Assembly: GCA_964106645.2 (NCBI GenBank)
Contig: OZ067045.1
DNA: 64,000 nucleotides
Source of the DNA: Podarcis pityusensis
Lineage: Eukaryota
Direction: 5' to 3' (one strand)
Positions 11,601-21,598 of this stretch are shown here, one piece after another (positions within the stretch are counted from its first letter, which is position 1; each line of letters starts with the position of its first letter). The position numbers and the translations under genes are program-made. The notes under the pieces are model-generated. The model did not search any database and had not been told where the DNA came from. It worked only from the letters and a program-made list of their open reading frames with translations.

Positions 11601-13290
11601 ACCTGCTTTTCTGCCCCAGAGAGGAAAGCATCATCCTCTGATGTGTCCAAGAGCCCTTGGATAGGCCTCAGCTGTGTCAAATCCTTTAGAAGCTCTTCCT
11701 TACTTTCCTGGGGCACAGCAGCTATAGGCTTCACCTCTTCTGAGCTTCCTATGAAAAGAGGAAGCCCAGAAAGTCAAAGGGAGAAAGGCCAGTGGAAGCC
11801 GGATGATAGCAGGGGGCTACTGTCTTCCTCTTCTGAGAATTATTCGCCAAGCAAGAGAACACTACATACTGTGCACACCAAGCATACATAATGGATATAT
11901 GTGCCCAACTGATCACTGCACTCTGCAGCAGATTTCACCTGGGAGTGCATTCCATGTTGGCATCTACTGAAGACCTCCTTTCAAAATGCCTTGTAAGTGC
12001 AGTTTTTTATCCCAGCCTTTATTCATCTGGAAATTGTATTCCTTTTTTCTTTGTTACTGTTGATGCCTTGTTGCTAAATTGCTTTGGGATGTTTCATGGG
12101 AAGTGAGTCACAAATGAAACCGGCACAAATGAGTGCAAGGAAGCATTCTGGTGGGAATGTTTATGCTAAAAAACCAAAACGTCTTAATTACCTAATAGGT
12201 GCTGCTGGAGGAGTTTCTTGGGAAGAGCTTTGCTTTTCCCACCTGGGGCGCCCGATTAAGATGGTGCATCTCCCTCCTCTTGCAGACAAGGGGGAAAGCA
12301 TGCATGGACACAGGCAGAAGCTCTTGGCGTTTGGCTTGCAACAGGAGCAGCAGCTCACAGCATCAAGTGATGACTTCCATGTGTGAAATAGCCATCACAG
12401 GGAAAGCACAACAAACAAGGATGTCTACACAGAGTCAAATGCAAACTTTTCAACTGAGGCAGTTCACTAATTGACCTCACAGTTGTCATACAAGGTACAT
12501 ACATGTATGAAACAGTCCACTGGGTAGAATTACAACAGGCAAAGTTACTCTATAGTTTATTAGGAGCAGGCAATGTCAAGGTGACGCTCTCACCTGTACC
12601 TCCAACCAGGTCTTTCTCCTCTGGCAGTTTGGTGCTTTCCCATTCCTCGCAAACGCTCTGGCCACCTGGACACAGAGGGAGGAGAACTTTGGGATCCTGG
12701 CAATGAGAATCAGGAAGCTGAGTTTCCTTGTCTGAAGCTTCCTGACATGTGCTCTTTCCTTGCACTCTGGTGGTGTCCACAGAGTCTGCAGAGCCGGAAG
12801 AAACCTGCTCAGGATGCAACATCACTTTGACACTGAGTTTTGCAGCATGAGAACTGTCCAAAGTGGCAACACCTTTACTAGATGCATCCCCTGCCTGAAC
12901 AGAAATGTCCCTCAGCACTTCTTCTTGACTTGGAAAGCTCAGAAGGTCCCCAAGAAGGGTTTTGCAACTGACAGCCACATCAAACATCTGCAGACTGTCT
13001 GCCACAGATATTATGTTGGTGAAATTGTGCTTCCCAGGAGGCAGCTTGCCTGTATATATCATTTCTAGCAGGAGAGCAAATTCATCTGGGGCCACCACAG
13101 AAGCATCAATGGAGACTGTGTCTGTGCCATCCAGCACAGACCTGAACAACACACTGGCTGCTGCCAGCACAAGCTTGTGCGCTCGGAAATGCATCGTCCC
13201 AACCAAGATGCTACAGTCGCAGAACTGCTGTTCCCTGCAGAGTGTATGGAGCTGTTGAAGTAGTTGCTGGCTGTAGTTTGGAAGATCCAT
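1136..13290 (-). CDS. ZBTB40: Zinc finger and BTB domain-containing protein 40 (13 coding exons, about 970 aa as read)
   Basis: Exons with GT-AG boundaries and compatible phases: 13290-12594, 11748-11603, 10855-10672, 10254-10118 (alt donor 10091), 9513-9342, 7870-7466, 6819-6613, 5521-5357, 4666-4452, 3792-3630, 2078-1992, 1888-1662 (alt donor 1671), 1249-1136. N-terminus MDLPNYSQQLLQQL..FCDC..FRAHKLVLAAAS is a BTB domain. Finger array (MQYHKLTEHFDEKPFSCEECGAKFAANSTLKNH, KMYACQYC..FAQSIELSRHVRTHTGDKPY, QLSGLWYHNRTHHPD) matches recalled human ZBTB40. Confidence 0.95.
1662..1888 (-). CDS. ZBTB40: ZBTB40 exon, last two zinc fingers
   Basis: (CT)n tract then cccttAG|; two in-frame donors CAG|GTAGTG (1671) and CAG|GTCAGT (1662). 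Confidence 0.9.
1992..2078 (-). CDS. ZBTB40: ZBTB40 zinc-finger exon (EVTFHECEKCKRLFPSVALLQAHEKSQHS), absent from ORF track
   Basis: ttcctttAG| ... CAG|GTGAGT; 87 nt, phase 1->1. Confidence 0.92.
2350..3281 (+). mobile_element. 5'-truncated L2-clade LINE (RT C-terminal region, 3'UTR, (ATT)n tail) in a ZBTB40 intron
   Basis: ORF 2374-3069 has SLGVIFD, SRLDYCNSL, LQRVQNAAARLL, LHWVPV..RIRFK and RAFS..AP..WN.L, all typical of L2 ORF2; ends in an ATT microsatellite. Confidence 0.92.
3630..3792 (-). CDS. ZBTB40: ZBTB40 zinc-finger exon
   Basis: cctccAG| ... CAG|GTAAAG; 163 nt. Confidence 0.94.
4452..4666 (-). CDS. ZBTB40: ZBTB40 zinc-finger exon
   Basis: actcAG| ... CAG|GTGGGT; 215 nt; NVDDPYDCQKC..CPTCGKVFSAPSLLERH. 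Confidence 0.94.
5357..5521 (-). CDS. ZBTB40: ZBTB40 zinc-finger exon
   Basis: ttggcAG| ... ACA|GTGAGT; 165 nt. Confidence 0.95.
6613..6819 (-). CDS. ZBTB40: ZBTB40 zinc-finger exon
   Basis: ccctcAG| ... AAG|GTGAGG; 207 nt. Confidence 0.95.
7220..7348. mobile_element. Palindromic hAT-type MITE
   Basis: TIRs gggtttctcaaacttgggtc / gacccaagtttgagaaaccc; 8-bp TSD ATCTAGAG at 7212-7219 and 7349-7356. Confidence 0.85.
7466..7870 (-). CDS. ZBTB40: ZBTB40 exon, first zinc fingers and basic NLS-like KKKPKKPR
   Basis: ttccacAG| ... CAG|GTATGG; 405 nt; CKACGKSFRFYCRLKVH. Confidence 0.93.
8635..8798 (-). mobile_element. LINE (L2-like) 3' end with (AAT)n microsatellite
   Basis: (AAT)n followed by tttataccccacccatctggctgggtttccccagccactctgggcggc; related copies at about 30830-30965 and 31125-31395. 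Confidence 0.7.
9342..9513 (-). CDS. ZBTB40: ZBTB40 exon (LVSTCL...ICQLLCSIQESFPGLQTVMQEL)
   Basis: ttttcccAG| ... CTG|GTGAGA; 172 nt, phase 0->1. Confidence 0.9.
10118..10254 (-). CDS. ZBTB40: ZBTB40 exon (VGSSDSIATEILLRHRKLISEALQQ...AKE), absent from ORF track
   Basis: tttccatAG|; donor GAG|GTTCAG at 10118 or in-frame CAG|GTGTGT at 10091; resembles human ETILRHNQLILEAIQQ..ETVKE. Confidence 0.82.
10672..10855 (-). CDS. ZBTB40: ZBTB40 exon (VAMDCSEG...FPGLGLLLD)
   Basis: ccttgcAG| ... CAG|GTATCC; 184 nt, phase 0->1; resembles human VILNCCEG..FPNLGLLLE. Confidence 0.85.
11603..11748 (-). CDS. ZBTB40: ZBTB40 exon (SSEEVKPI...TQLRPI...FLSGAEKQ)
   Basis: ttttcatAG| ... CAG|GTAAAC; 146 nt, phase 1->0; resembles human VTQLRPIMESL..FLTGTEKR. 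Confidence 0.88.
12594..13290 (-). CDS. ZBTB40: ZBTB40 first coding exon (BTB/POZ domain)
   Basis: ATG at 13290; acceptor tgcgtacAG| with exon start 13346; donor CAG|GTGAGA; 697 nt coding, phase 1. Confidence 0.95.
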
Positions 13291-13699
13291 AGCTCCCTGC
13301 AAGTCTCTGCTCCCTTCACGTTCTGTATAGTTTTGCTCCCAATCAGCTGTACGCAGATGAGAAGAGCAGCAAATTAGTTGCGTGGACTGTACTTGTTCCC
13401 TTCCCCATTATGATCAAACCTGTGGCGTTACCACGAACAAAGGTGAACAGCCTTGGGACACTACTGCTTTCCACCTGTAAAACCCAACTAGACTTTGAGT
13501 AAGAAAGTATTTCCTCCAAACAGGGTAATTCTATTTAGAGACCTCTGCTCTGCTCTCTAGTTCTGCCTGCTGTGTAACATTTGCCATCCTTCCTCAAAAT
13601 CGACATTTTCTGGCTCAACCTCCTGGTTCCCATTCCTTACTGCAAACCTCAACATGTAAGGAAGCCTAGGAGGGCCATCTTAAGTGGATACAAATTGTT

Positions 13700-13862
13700 G
13701 CACCAGAAGTAGTTTTAGTCATGCTGGCCACTGGGCCCGGAAAGCTGTCTGTGGACAAACGCCAGCTCCCTCGGCCCGAAAACAAGATGAGAGCCACAAC
13801 CCCATAGTCACCTTTGACTGGACTTAACCAGCAAGGGGTTCTTTACCTTTTAATTTTACCTA
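13700..13862 (+). mobile_element. Bov-B LINE / Sauria SINE 3' fragment
   Basis: ttagtcatgctggccac...gatgag..caacccca..gactggact..tttaccttt shared with the full Sauria SINE copies in this window. Confidence 0.75.
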
Positions 13863-14329
13863 CTGCTCTTTAAATATCTGAAAAGGTAGAGTTAATGAGA
13901 AGCATGGGCCTGTTGCGGACAGGGGCTTTCAAACAGCCCAGTGCTGTTCCGTGGACCTTTGGTTTCCCACTGAAAGGAAGCTCCTTGCGGAAGGCAAAGT
14001 CCCACAAATGATGCCAGGTTACACCATGCTGGTGCTGCCCACGGTTCACCCAAAAAAGCTTCAGTTTGGAGAACTGCAGGTCTTTTGAGAGGCGAACTAC
14101 AGCTCCCAGGATTCTTAAAGGGAAGTCATGCATTGGAAACATGTGATGGGCCTGAGTTTGTGGTGTGTGTCCCCCCCCCCCCCGTCGCTTTCGTGAGCTG
14201 TTTCTTATCCCAAGCCGCTCTGGGAGCCTTTTTGTAAGGGGGTGGGGACACAATGAAAGCGATGCTCCAGCCTCGAGGCATCTTTCCTCCCTCATTCCCT
14301 GCCATGTCTCACAGCCTAACAGAGCCCAA

Positions 14330-15330
14330 CTTGGGCCGAGTGCCCTTTCAAGGGAGATGCGTGGCCGGTGGCCAGCTGCGAGGGGCGGACGCAGAGGCCC
14401 TCCCGAGCAGCACCAGCCTCCCGAGGGGCTTGTCCCGGACGAGGCCTCCCACCCGGGCGCGCTCTCTCCCTCGCCCGTTCGAGCTAGGCGGCGGCCGCCC
14501 GAAGGGGCCCCAGGCCCACGCAGAAGCCAAACGCAGGGGCCTGCCCAGAGCCAGAGTCTTCTTCGTGGCCCCCACCCTCCCCGGTCGGGTGAAGGAGAGA
14601 CGAATTGGGATACGGCGAGGAGGGCCTAAATCGAGCGCCTAGGCCGGCTGCCGTTGCCATGGTTACCTTTATTGGGAGCCGCGCGGCGGCGGACACGGGC
14701 GAAGGTGGGCGCGAGGGAGGAGGAACAATAAAGCTTCAACAAGGACGGCGTTCCTCAGCCGCTTCTCGGCCCCGCCTCCTCCCGGGCACAGAGGCGGAAA
14801 CAAGAGAAGAGTCGCGCTTCACAGGCGGGTCCCGAGGCGGGACTTCCTCTCTCGTCGCTTGTCTGTCAACGGAGGTCCACCACCCGCCTCGCGTCAAATG
14901 GTTAACTTCTGAAGACCGGATTGGCCGCTGCGGGAGCAACGAGGTCACGTGAACAGCCACGGCCTGCTCTGGAAGAGCGCTCGGGGCTGGGAAGGGAGAG
15001 GCCGGTCGGCTACTGTTCAGGATTCCCCCAATGGCTTCGTTTGTTAGCACCACCCTCCCGCCTCAAAAGTAAAAAGTGGGAATAGGAGCCAGGACGTTAT
15101 GCGTCTAAAGATAGGAGTGATCAGTCTACCATTTTTTTCTAAGTCTATGGTTCAGGGGTTATTTGCATGAGCCGAGCGACCGGATGTTCGCGGTTCGCGT
15201 CGCTCTAGGCAGCGCCCTGAAATTCTATGGAAAACATCCTTTTTGGCCTCTTTGACGTCATCAGACGTCGACAGGAAGAAAATTTCCTTCCCGGAAGTAG
15301 GTCGGAGGAAGACACAAAATAGGGGTAGGA
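14330..15330. promoter_or_regulatory. CpG-island bidirectional promoter of ZBTB40 (-) and MUL1 (+)
   Basis: High GC and CpG density between divergent genes. Motifs: RFX X-box 14653-14666, E-box GTCACGTGA 14944-14952, octamer ATTTGCAT 15161-15168, full CRE TGACGTCA 15253-15260, ETS/GABP CCGGAAGT 15291-15298. Likely ZBTB40 non-coding exon-1 donor AAG|GTAACC at 14667; possible MUL1 exon-1 donor near 15324. Confidence 0.85.
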
Positions 15331-17389
15331 ATGCTGTCTGGAGAGCATCCCTTTTTCTGGAGCCGGATATGGTGGAAGCCTCCTGTGTTACCCTGGGGAT
15401 ACAGGGCGTAGGGGTGGAGTCTCTTTTAGGGGTGGCTTGCTTGCCCTGGGGAATCCTGAGATTGGTGTAGGCAGCTTGGGGGTGCGGTCGTTGTAGCTTT
15501 ACTGATATACAGTATTACAGGAAAGGGACACTCTGGCATGAACTGACTGGCAGAAGAGACTGGTCCTTCACATTATGTTGACTTGACTTGTGGAACTGCC
15601 TGCCACATGATTTGAGCATAGACTCTCACCTCAAGCAGCTTTAAAGGGAGATGAGCCAAATTTCATGAAGGAGAAGATAAACTGTGGAACCATCTGGGAG
15701 AGGGCTGTGGTGTACAGCCCCCGTTTGTGACCTCCCCATTGTGAAAAGCACAATGCTGGTCTAGATGGGCCTCTGGCCTGGTATGGTAGAGCTCTGCTTG
15801 TTGCATTATTAAATTTATATCCCTTTACTCCGTGTTGCTCAGAGAGTATGCAAAGGTTCTCTCCTGCCTCTATCCTATAATTTTGTCCTCCCATCAACCC
15901 TGTGAGGTAGGGTAAACTGAGAGATTGTGGCTGACCTGAAGTCACCAGCTGAGCTTGATGGCTGAGTAGGGGAGGGATTTGAACTTGATCTCCCAAAGTT
16001 TTGGGGATTAGTCTGATTAGCCTTGACTACTTTTATAAGTTGGTGACTGGAAGGTGGTTTGGAGAGCTGGATACTGGAGGTTTTTTTTCCTGAGGCAGCA
16101 GTTGTATTTGAGATGGCATTGTGTATTGTGCCACCTTGATGGGTTTAATTGAAGCATCTGCTTCCGTGGTCTACAACCCCTTCATCAAGTGTATAAAATG
16201 TTGTCCTTCATGAGTATCTAACTGACAAAACAGATTATAGGCTGCGAAAACTGGTGCCACAATAAATCTTCTAGTCTTTGAGGGTCTGCAATATTCCTTG
16301 CTTTAAGAATAGTGGATAACCAATGAAATTCCCGAGGTGGGTAATAAAAAGAAATAAACAGTAGTGTACATTCACCTCCTTGGTATTCCAGGTTAAAACT
16401 ACCATATTAACCAAACTTTTAATGGCAGATTTGTGACCTGCTGGGACTGCTAATTTTTGATGTTATGAAAGAGTGACTATTTCTTCCTGTTTTATGATTG
16501 TTGGGTGAATTGATTGATTTTAGGCTACATGGGGGTGTAATGAATCTATGTGAGCTGCTTTGTAGAATCTGGAGAGGAAAAGCTGCACATAAATACTTAT
16601 AATAAATGAGAAAAATCACATTGTTTCTGAATACGGTGTTGTATTTGAAGTTTGTGTATATATTTGAAAATCAATTAAAATATAATACAAAGAAAAAGAT
16701 AAACGCATTCAAATCAAGAATCCACATCTAGAGAATAGTAAATCTGGTAAATAAAAAAGGCAAATTTTCAGTTGAGCAGGAACCACAAATGAACAGGGCA
16801 CGTTCTAGAAACTAGCAGCCATCTATAATGTTTTAAATATTAGTGTTATAAAAGGTTGTCATAATGAATGAGGAGACAGCTTGCAGAGAGAATTCTCCAA
16901 GTCATAAGAATCATTTATAAGCACCTATTGGGGTGCTTTCACAGTTACTGTATCCAGGCTGGATAGTTGCATTCTTTTTTAAATTCAGCTTATGGTAGCC
17001 GAAAGCAACCTTGATACTAGCACAGGTAGGCTATTATGTGTTATTTGTTTCCAGAATTTTTACATATCTGAAGAAATCTCTCTTTCAAAATATCACTATG
17101 CCCAGAGAAATTTCCCTCAGTCTGCTCTTGCTGTGTGTGGACTCTTGAAGGTTGTTGCCAGATATACTCCAAATGAGTCTGAGGTGTATAATATGACTTG
17201 TGGGCAAGATAAGACACGTATAGACATAGGAGTAAAGTATTGAAATAGGATTGGGCAGTCTTTGGGGATATAGTGTTGCAGAGATGGGAGGCTAGGTTAT
17301 TTCTAACCCTTTGTGCTTTCTCACTAAAGAGCCCCAAACCATTTTATTTTTCTCTTTCTAGGCATATATACCAGAGTTAGATTATAGCA

Positions 17390-17509
17390 ATGGATGCTGC
17401 CGGACGTCCTTCGACGGGACAGGTGATCCTCCTGGCGACCAGTTCAGCTGTCACCGCAATTCTGTATGCCATTTACAGGCAAAAGTCAAAAATAGTTTAC
17501 AGCTTGAAG
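17390..17509 (+). CDS. MUL1: MUL1 coding exon 1 (MDAAGRPSTGQVILLATSS...SLK)
   Basis: Acceptor ctttctAG| at 17362 implies an upstream non-coding exon; Kozak gcaATGG; donor AAG|GTCAGT. Confidence 0.93.
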
Positions 17510-20177
17510 GTCAGTTGCTGCTTAGAACAGGGCCACAGATAACCATTATTTTTAATTTTACGTATTCAGTATTTTTTCAATGTCTGTTCTGCTTCTCAAC
17601 TGAAAAGTATCTGGAGCAGCTGCAACAGCCTTTAAATGTTGAATTTATAAAAGGTAAAGCCTGTTATGAACATTATAAACTAAAAGTATATTGGATCCAA
17701 AAACTACAAATGCCAAACGAAGGGAGGAAATCCCAAAAGGCGAGAAAGGAGTGGGGGGCACACAATTATTGTGTTATGAGTTGTAGTCAATTAATTCCTA
17801 CGCAAAGTAGACCTATGCAAAGATTTTGAGTGAAGAATGGGCTCTTACCAATGTTTAATTCCCTCCACCCAGGGAGCGAAAAAAGTCACCCTAGACCAGG
17901 ATTTGAAGACTATCCTTATGGAAGCGCCTGGGAAATGTGTTCCTTATGCAGTAATAGAAGGTAGGGTTTGTGAGTCTTGTGGGTTGCTGGTAATGGGGGT
18001 GGGAAGCATGTATGAGTGTTTGCCATTAGGTGTCTAGTTTGCTCCATCTGTCAGGGAGGATTATGGTATAACATGCACACTAAAATGCAACTCCCATCAG
18101 CCTCAACCAGTGATCATGGCTGTCCCTGCACTGCATAGTCCTTAGACCTGTGGGTAAATTAATAGGTTCCTATTGCTCTTGCTGTTCTGTTACACTGTGG
18201 TGAGTCTTCAGGTGTGCAATTAAGCTCTTTTCAGCTGTTTTTTCTTCCCTCTGCCATCCAATAGGTGTAGTGCGGTCTATTAAGGAAACCCTCAACAGTC
18301 AGTTTGTGGAAAACTGCAAGGGAGTGGTTCAGAGGCTAACACTGCAGGAGCACAAGATAGTGTGGAACCGAACCACGCACCTCTGGTAGGTACATTTCAC
18401 TCCCAGACTTGAAAATGGGGCAAGAGCGTTGTTGCTTCCACTGGTGTATTGGTGTGAGGCAAGAGCCTTTATTGGAGCATGTGGCTTAATCAGTAGCATA
18501 GGCCAGGTGCCATTCAGATTATTATAATCCACCTTTCAATCTCTATCAGGGTGGAGTCTGCATGCAGTCCTATATACTCCTCTGGCCCCCAGGGCTCTCC
18601 CCAGGCTGTATCCCCTCCCCAGGCTTGCTCTGTCCCCCCATGAGTGCTTTTGCCTGGCTGGAATGTGCGCCTGTGAGAATGCCTCTAGCTTGCCAAGATG
18701 GAGAGTTGTGTATAAAAAAAATCTGGCTTCTGTGCCAGAAAAGCAGCCCCCTTGCTAAAAAAAGATCCTGCAGGTTTTTTCAAAGTCTGCATCTAGCACA
18801 TAAGAAGTTTAATCAAAGTGTGTTGTGGCACCTTAAAGACTAATACATTTGTTATGGCATAAGGTTTTGTGGACAAAAGTCCATTTTGGTATTGCGTAAA
18901 GGATAATTCTCAATGGGCAGATACGGGGTAGGGAGAGAGAGATGTAAAGAGTGAGGCAAAGTGTCAATGAAAAGCAAACAAAAGAGGAAAACAAAACAGT
19001 TTGTGACAATTGCATTGCAGTTGGAAACAGGGGCAGGGAACCGTTTTGGACCAGTGGTGGGTAGAGCCAGAGGCAAAGGTGGCAATAAAGAAAATCAAGT
19101 TTTACCTTGTATAGCAGGCTAGATTTTACACACACTCGGTCCTCCATTGAGAGAAGGAAGAAACATTATCAGAGTTCAAGAATGCATTCCAACCAGGCAA
19201 GAACACTGAGGGAAGGGTGCAACTTTGGAAGATGTATGGCTTGATGAGAGGCCTGAGGGCCATAGACCTGCCCTGTCCCTGATCTGAATAGTCATGATAC
19301 GGAAGGGGAGGGAAGAGAAGTGCAAGCAAATTCCGGCAAACTCAAGCAAATTCTTCATTAAGTTTTTGTAGACTGAAATGTTAGGACCCATTCCCAGGCA
19401 AACCTTTATGTCCCCAGCTAAGTGGGCAATCCGTTCTGTGTTTCTGCTGCTGCTTTAAACCTTTGTGCTGGGTCCTCGTTCCCCAGGAGCGACTACGAGA
19501 AGATCATTCACCAGAGGACCAACACGACAGCCTTTGATATGGTGCCCCAGGAGGGAGGAGCCGATGTCGCCGTGAGGGTGTTGAAACCCCTGGACGCTGC
19601 CGAGCTTAGCTTGGAGACAGTGTACGAGAAGTTCCACCCGTCTGTCCAGTCCTTCACGGACGTGATTGGCCACTACATCAGCGGGGAGCGCCCCAAAGGC
19701 ATCAAGGAGACCGAAGAGATGCTGAAGGTGGGGGCGGCGCTTACCGGGGTGGGCGAGCTGGTCCTGGACAACAACACCATCAGACTGCAGCCCCCCAAGC
19801 AAGGGATGCGCTATTACCTAAGCAGCCTAGATTTCGAGGCCTTGCTCCAGAAGGAAGAATCGAGCGTCCGTCTCTGGAAGGTCCTGACTCTACTTTTTGG
19901 TTTTGCGACGTGCGCTGTGCTCTTCTTTGTCCTCCACAAGCAGTACCGCCATCACCGGGAGAAGCAGCGCTTGCGTCAGGTGCAGGAGATGATCGCAGCA
20001 GGCGGGGACACGCTGAATGCATGCGTCGTCTGCTTGAGCAATGCCCGCTCGTGTGTGTTCCTCGAGTGCGGGCACGTCTGCTCGTGCGACAAGTGCTACC
20101 AGGCGCTGCCGCAGCCTCCCCGTTGCCCCATTTGTAGGCAAGAGATCGCAAGAGTCGTGCCTTTGTACAACAGCTGA
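17390..20177 (+). CDS. MUL1: Mitochondrial E3 ubiquitin/SUMO ligase MUL1 (MULAN/MAPL/GIDE), 339 aa
   Basis: Exons 17390-17509, 17873-17960, 18265-18385, 19487-20177 (120+88+121+691=1020 nt), all GT-AG. N-terminal TM, GIDE domain (APGKCVPYAVIEG, ETLNSQFVENCKGV, IGHYISGERPKGI), second TM, C-terminal RING (CVVC..CVFLECGHVCSC..C..CPICR). Confidence 0.97.
17873..17960 (+). CDS. MUL1: MUL1 coding exon 2
   Basis: cacccAG| ... AAG|GTAGGG; 88 nt. Confidence 0.95.
18265..18385 (+). CDS. MUL1: MUL1 coding exon 3
   Basis: caatAG| ... CTG|GTAGGT; 121 nt. Confidence 0.95.
19487..20177 (+). CDS. MUL1: MUL1 coding exon 4 (GIDE C-part, TM2, RING)
   Basis: ttccccAG|; ends VVPLYNS-TGA. Candidate polyA AATAAA at 20750-20755. 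Confidence 0.97.
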
Positions 20178-21598
20178 ATTGGTGGCGCCGTCTCTTTTGG
20201 CGACCTCCCCGTCGGTCTTTCTCGTTGAGGAACGTTCTTCTGGCTTTCATTGCAGCATTAGAGGCGTGCGGGGTGTGGGTTTGGTGTGACCCTTTGCACA
20301 GACAGTTGGAGAAGCAAGCCATGTTGCATAGAGCTGCAAACAAAGATTCAGAGCTTTTAACGATTGCTGTGATTTGGGAAGTAGACTGTTCAGCACTGCT
20401 TGGGTGGATTTTCTTTGCCAAAATGAAGTTTCTCAACTGACAATTCACATGTAAACCATGGAGACTTTGGTTTTCTCCAACCTGGTGCCCTGCAGATATT
20501 TTTGACTACAGCTACCATCAGCCCTGGAGTTGTAGCCTAAACCACCTGGAGGGTACCAGGTTGGATAAGGCTGCTTGAACTAATCCCTGTATTTTCTTTC
20601 TCCTGTGTGAGAATTAACAGGATCATGTTTCTAAACTGGAATGCTTTTTTTGAGTTCTTTTTCACCAGTGCTGTGTGTGTGTGTGTTCTTCCTCCGAAAC
20701 ATTTACGAATCCCAATTCTCTTCTGAGAAGCTCCAAATTCAGTGCTCAGAATAAATTAAGTTTGCACTGCTTTGGTTTTAATTTTGCTTTCAGTATTTCA
20801 GAGCTCAAATCTTTTGATTCCCCCCCCCCCCTTTTTAGTAAGGAGGTGGTTAGAGAGAAAAGGGAAGACTCTTGAGCTTATGGCAAGGGGGCAGGCAGGG
20901 CAGCCGCCCTAGGGGGGAAATGGAAATCTGCACTGGCCACCGGAGTACAGCCTCTCCCCCACCCGGCACAGCTCTCTGGTAGTTGCTGACTGTTCATTAA
21001 ACAGAACCAGGCCACTTCACAGGGTGAATGATGATGAAAAGGGCAACCAAAGTGATCAAGAGGATGGAGCAACTCCCCTATGAGGAATGGTTGCAGCATG
21101 GCAATTAAAGGATTTAAAGTGGTTTGATTGTAATTATCCCTTCCTATAATTTTGAAGGAAAACATAAAGTGCTTTGTATGTCAGCACTTCACAATTTCCT
21201 TAATTTGGTGCAGGTGTTCATTTTAAGTATAAACAGGACTCCATTTTCATAGCTGATTGTATGCAGCAATGCCCTCTTTATGCACCAACGTGGTCTAAAC
21301 GTGCATATTGTCCTCTAGATCCAAGTTTTGGGCACCTGTATTCATGCAAACACAAATCTATACATATTCACTCACAGAACGAGTATTATAAACTGTTCAG
21401 TTATAGCAAAGGCTCTTGTTTCCGAAAAGGACAGGACGGTGTTTGGGTGACAGGGACTGATCTCTCAACCACTTTTAATTGTTCTCTGAAATGTGGAGGG
21501 GAGGAAAAAAGGGGAAAAAAGATGAATTATCTCTGCAAGCCCCTTCCCAAATTTGACCCACTTCAATGGATGGAAGGGAGAGGTCTTCATTTACAATA

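Noticed and set aside
19780-20448. 222-aa ORF antisense to MUL1 exon 4
   Set aside because: Shadow ORF caused by high GC3 in the real coding strand.
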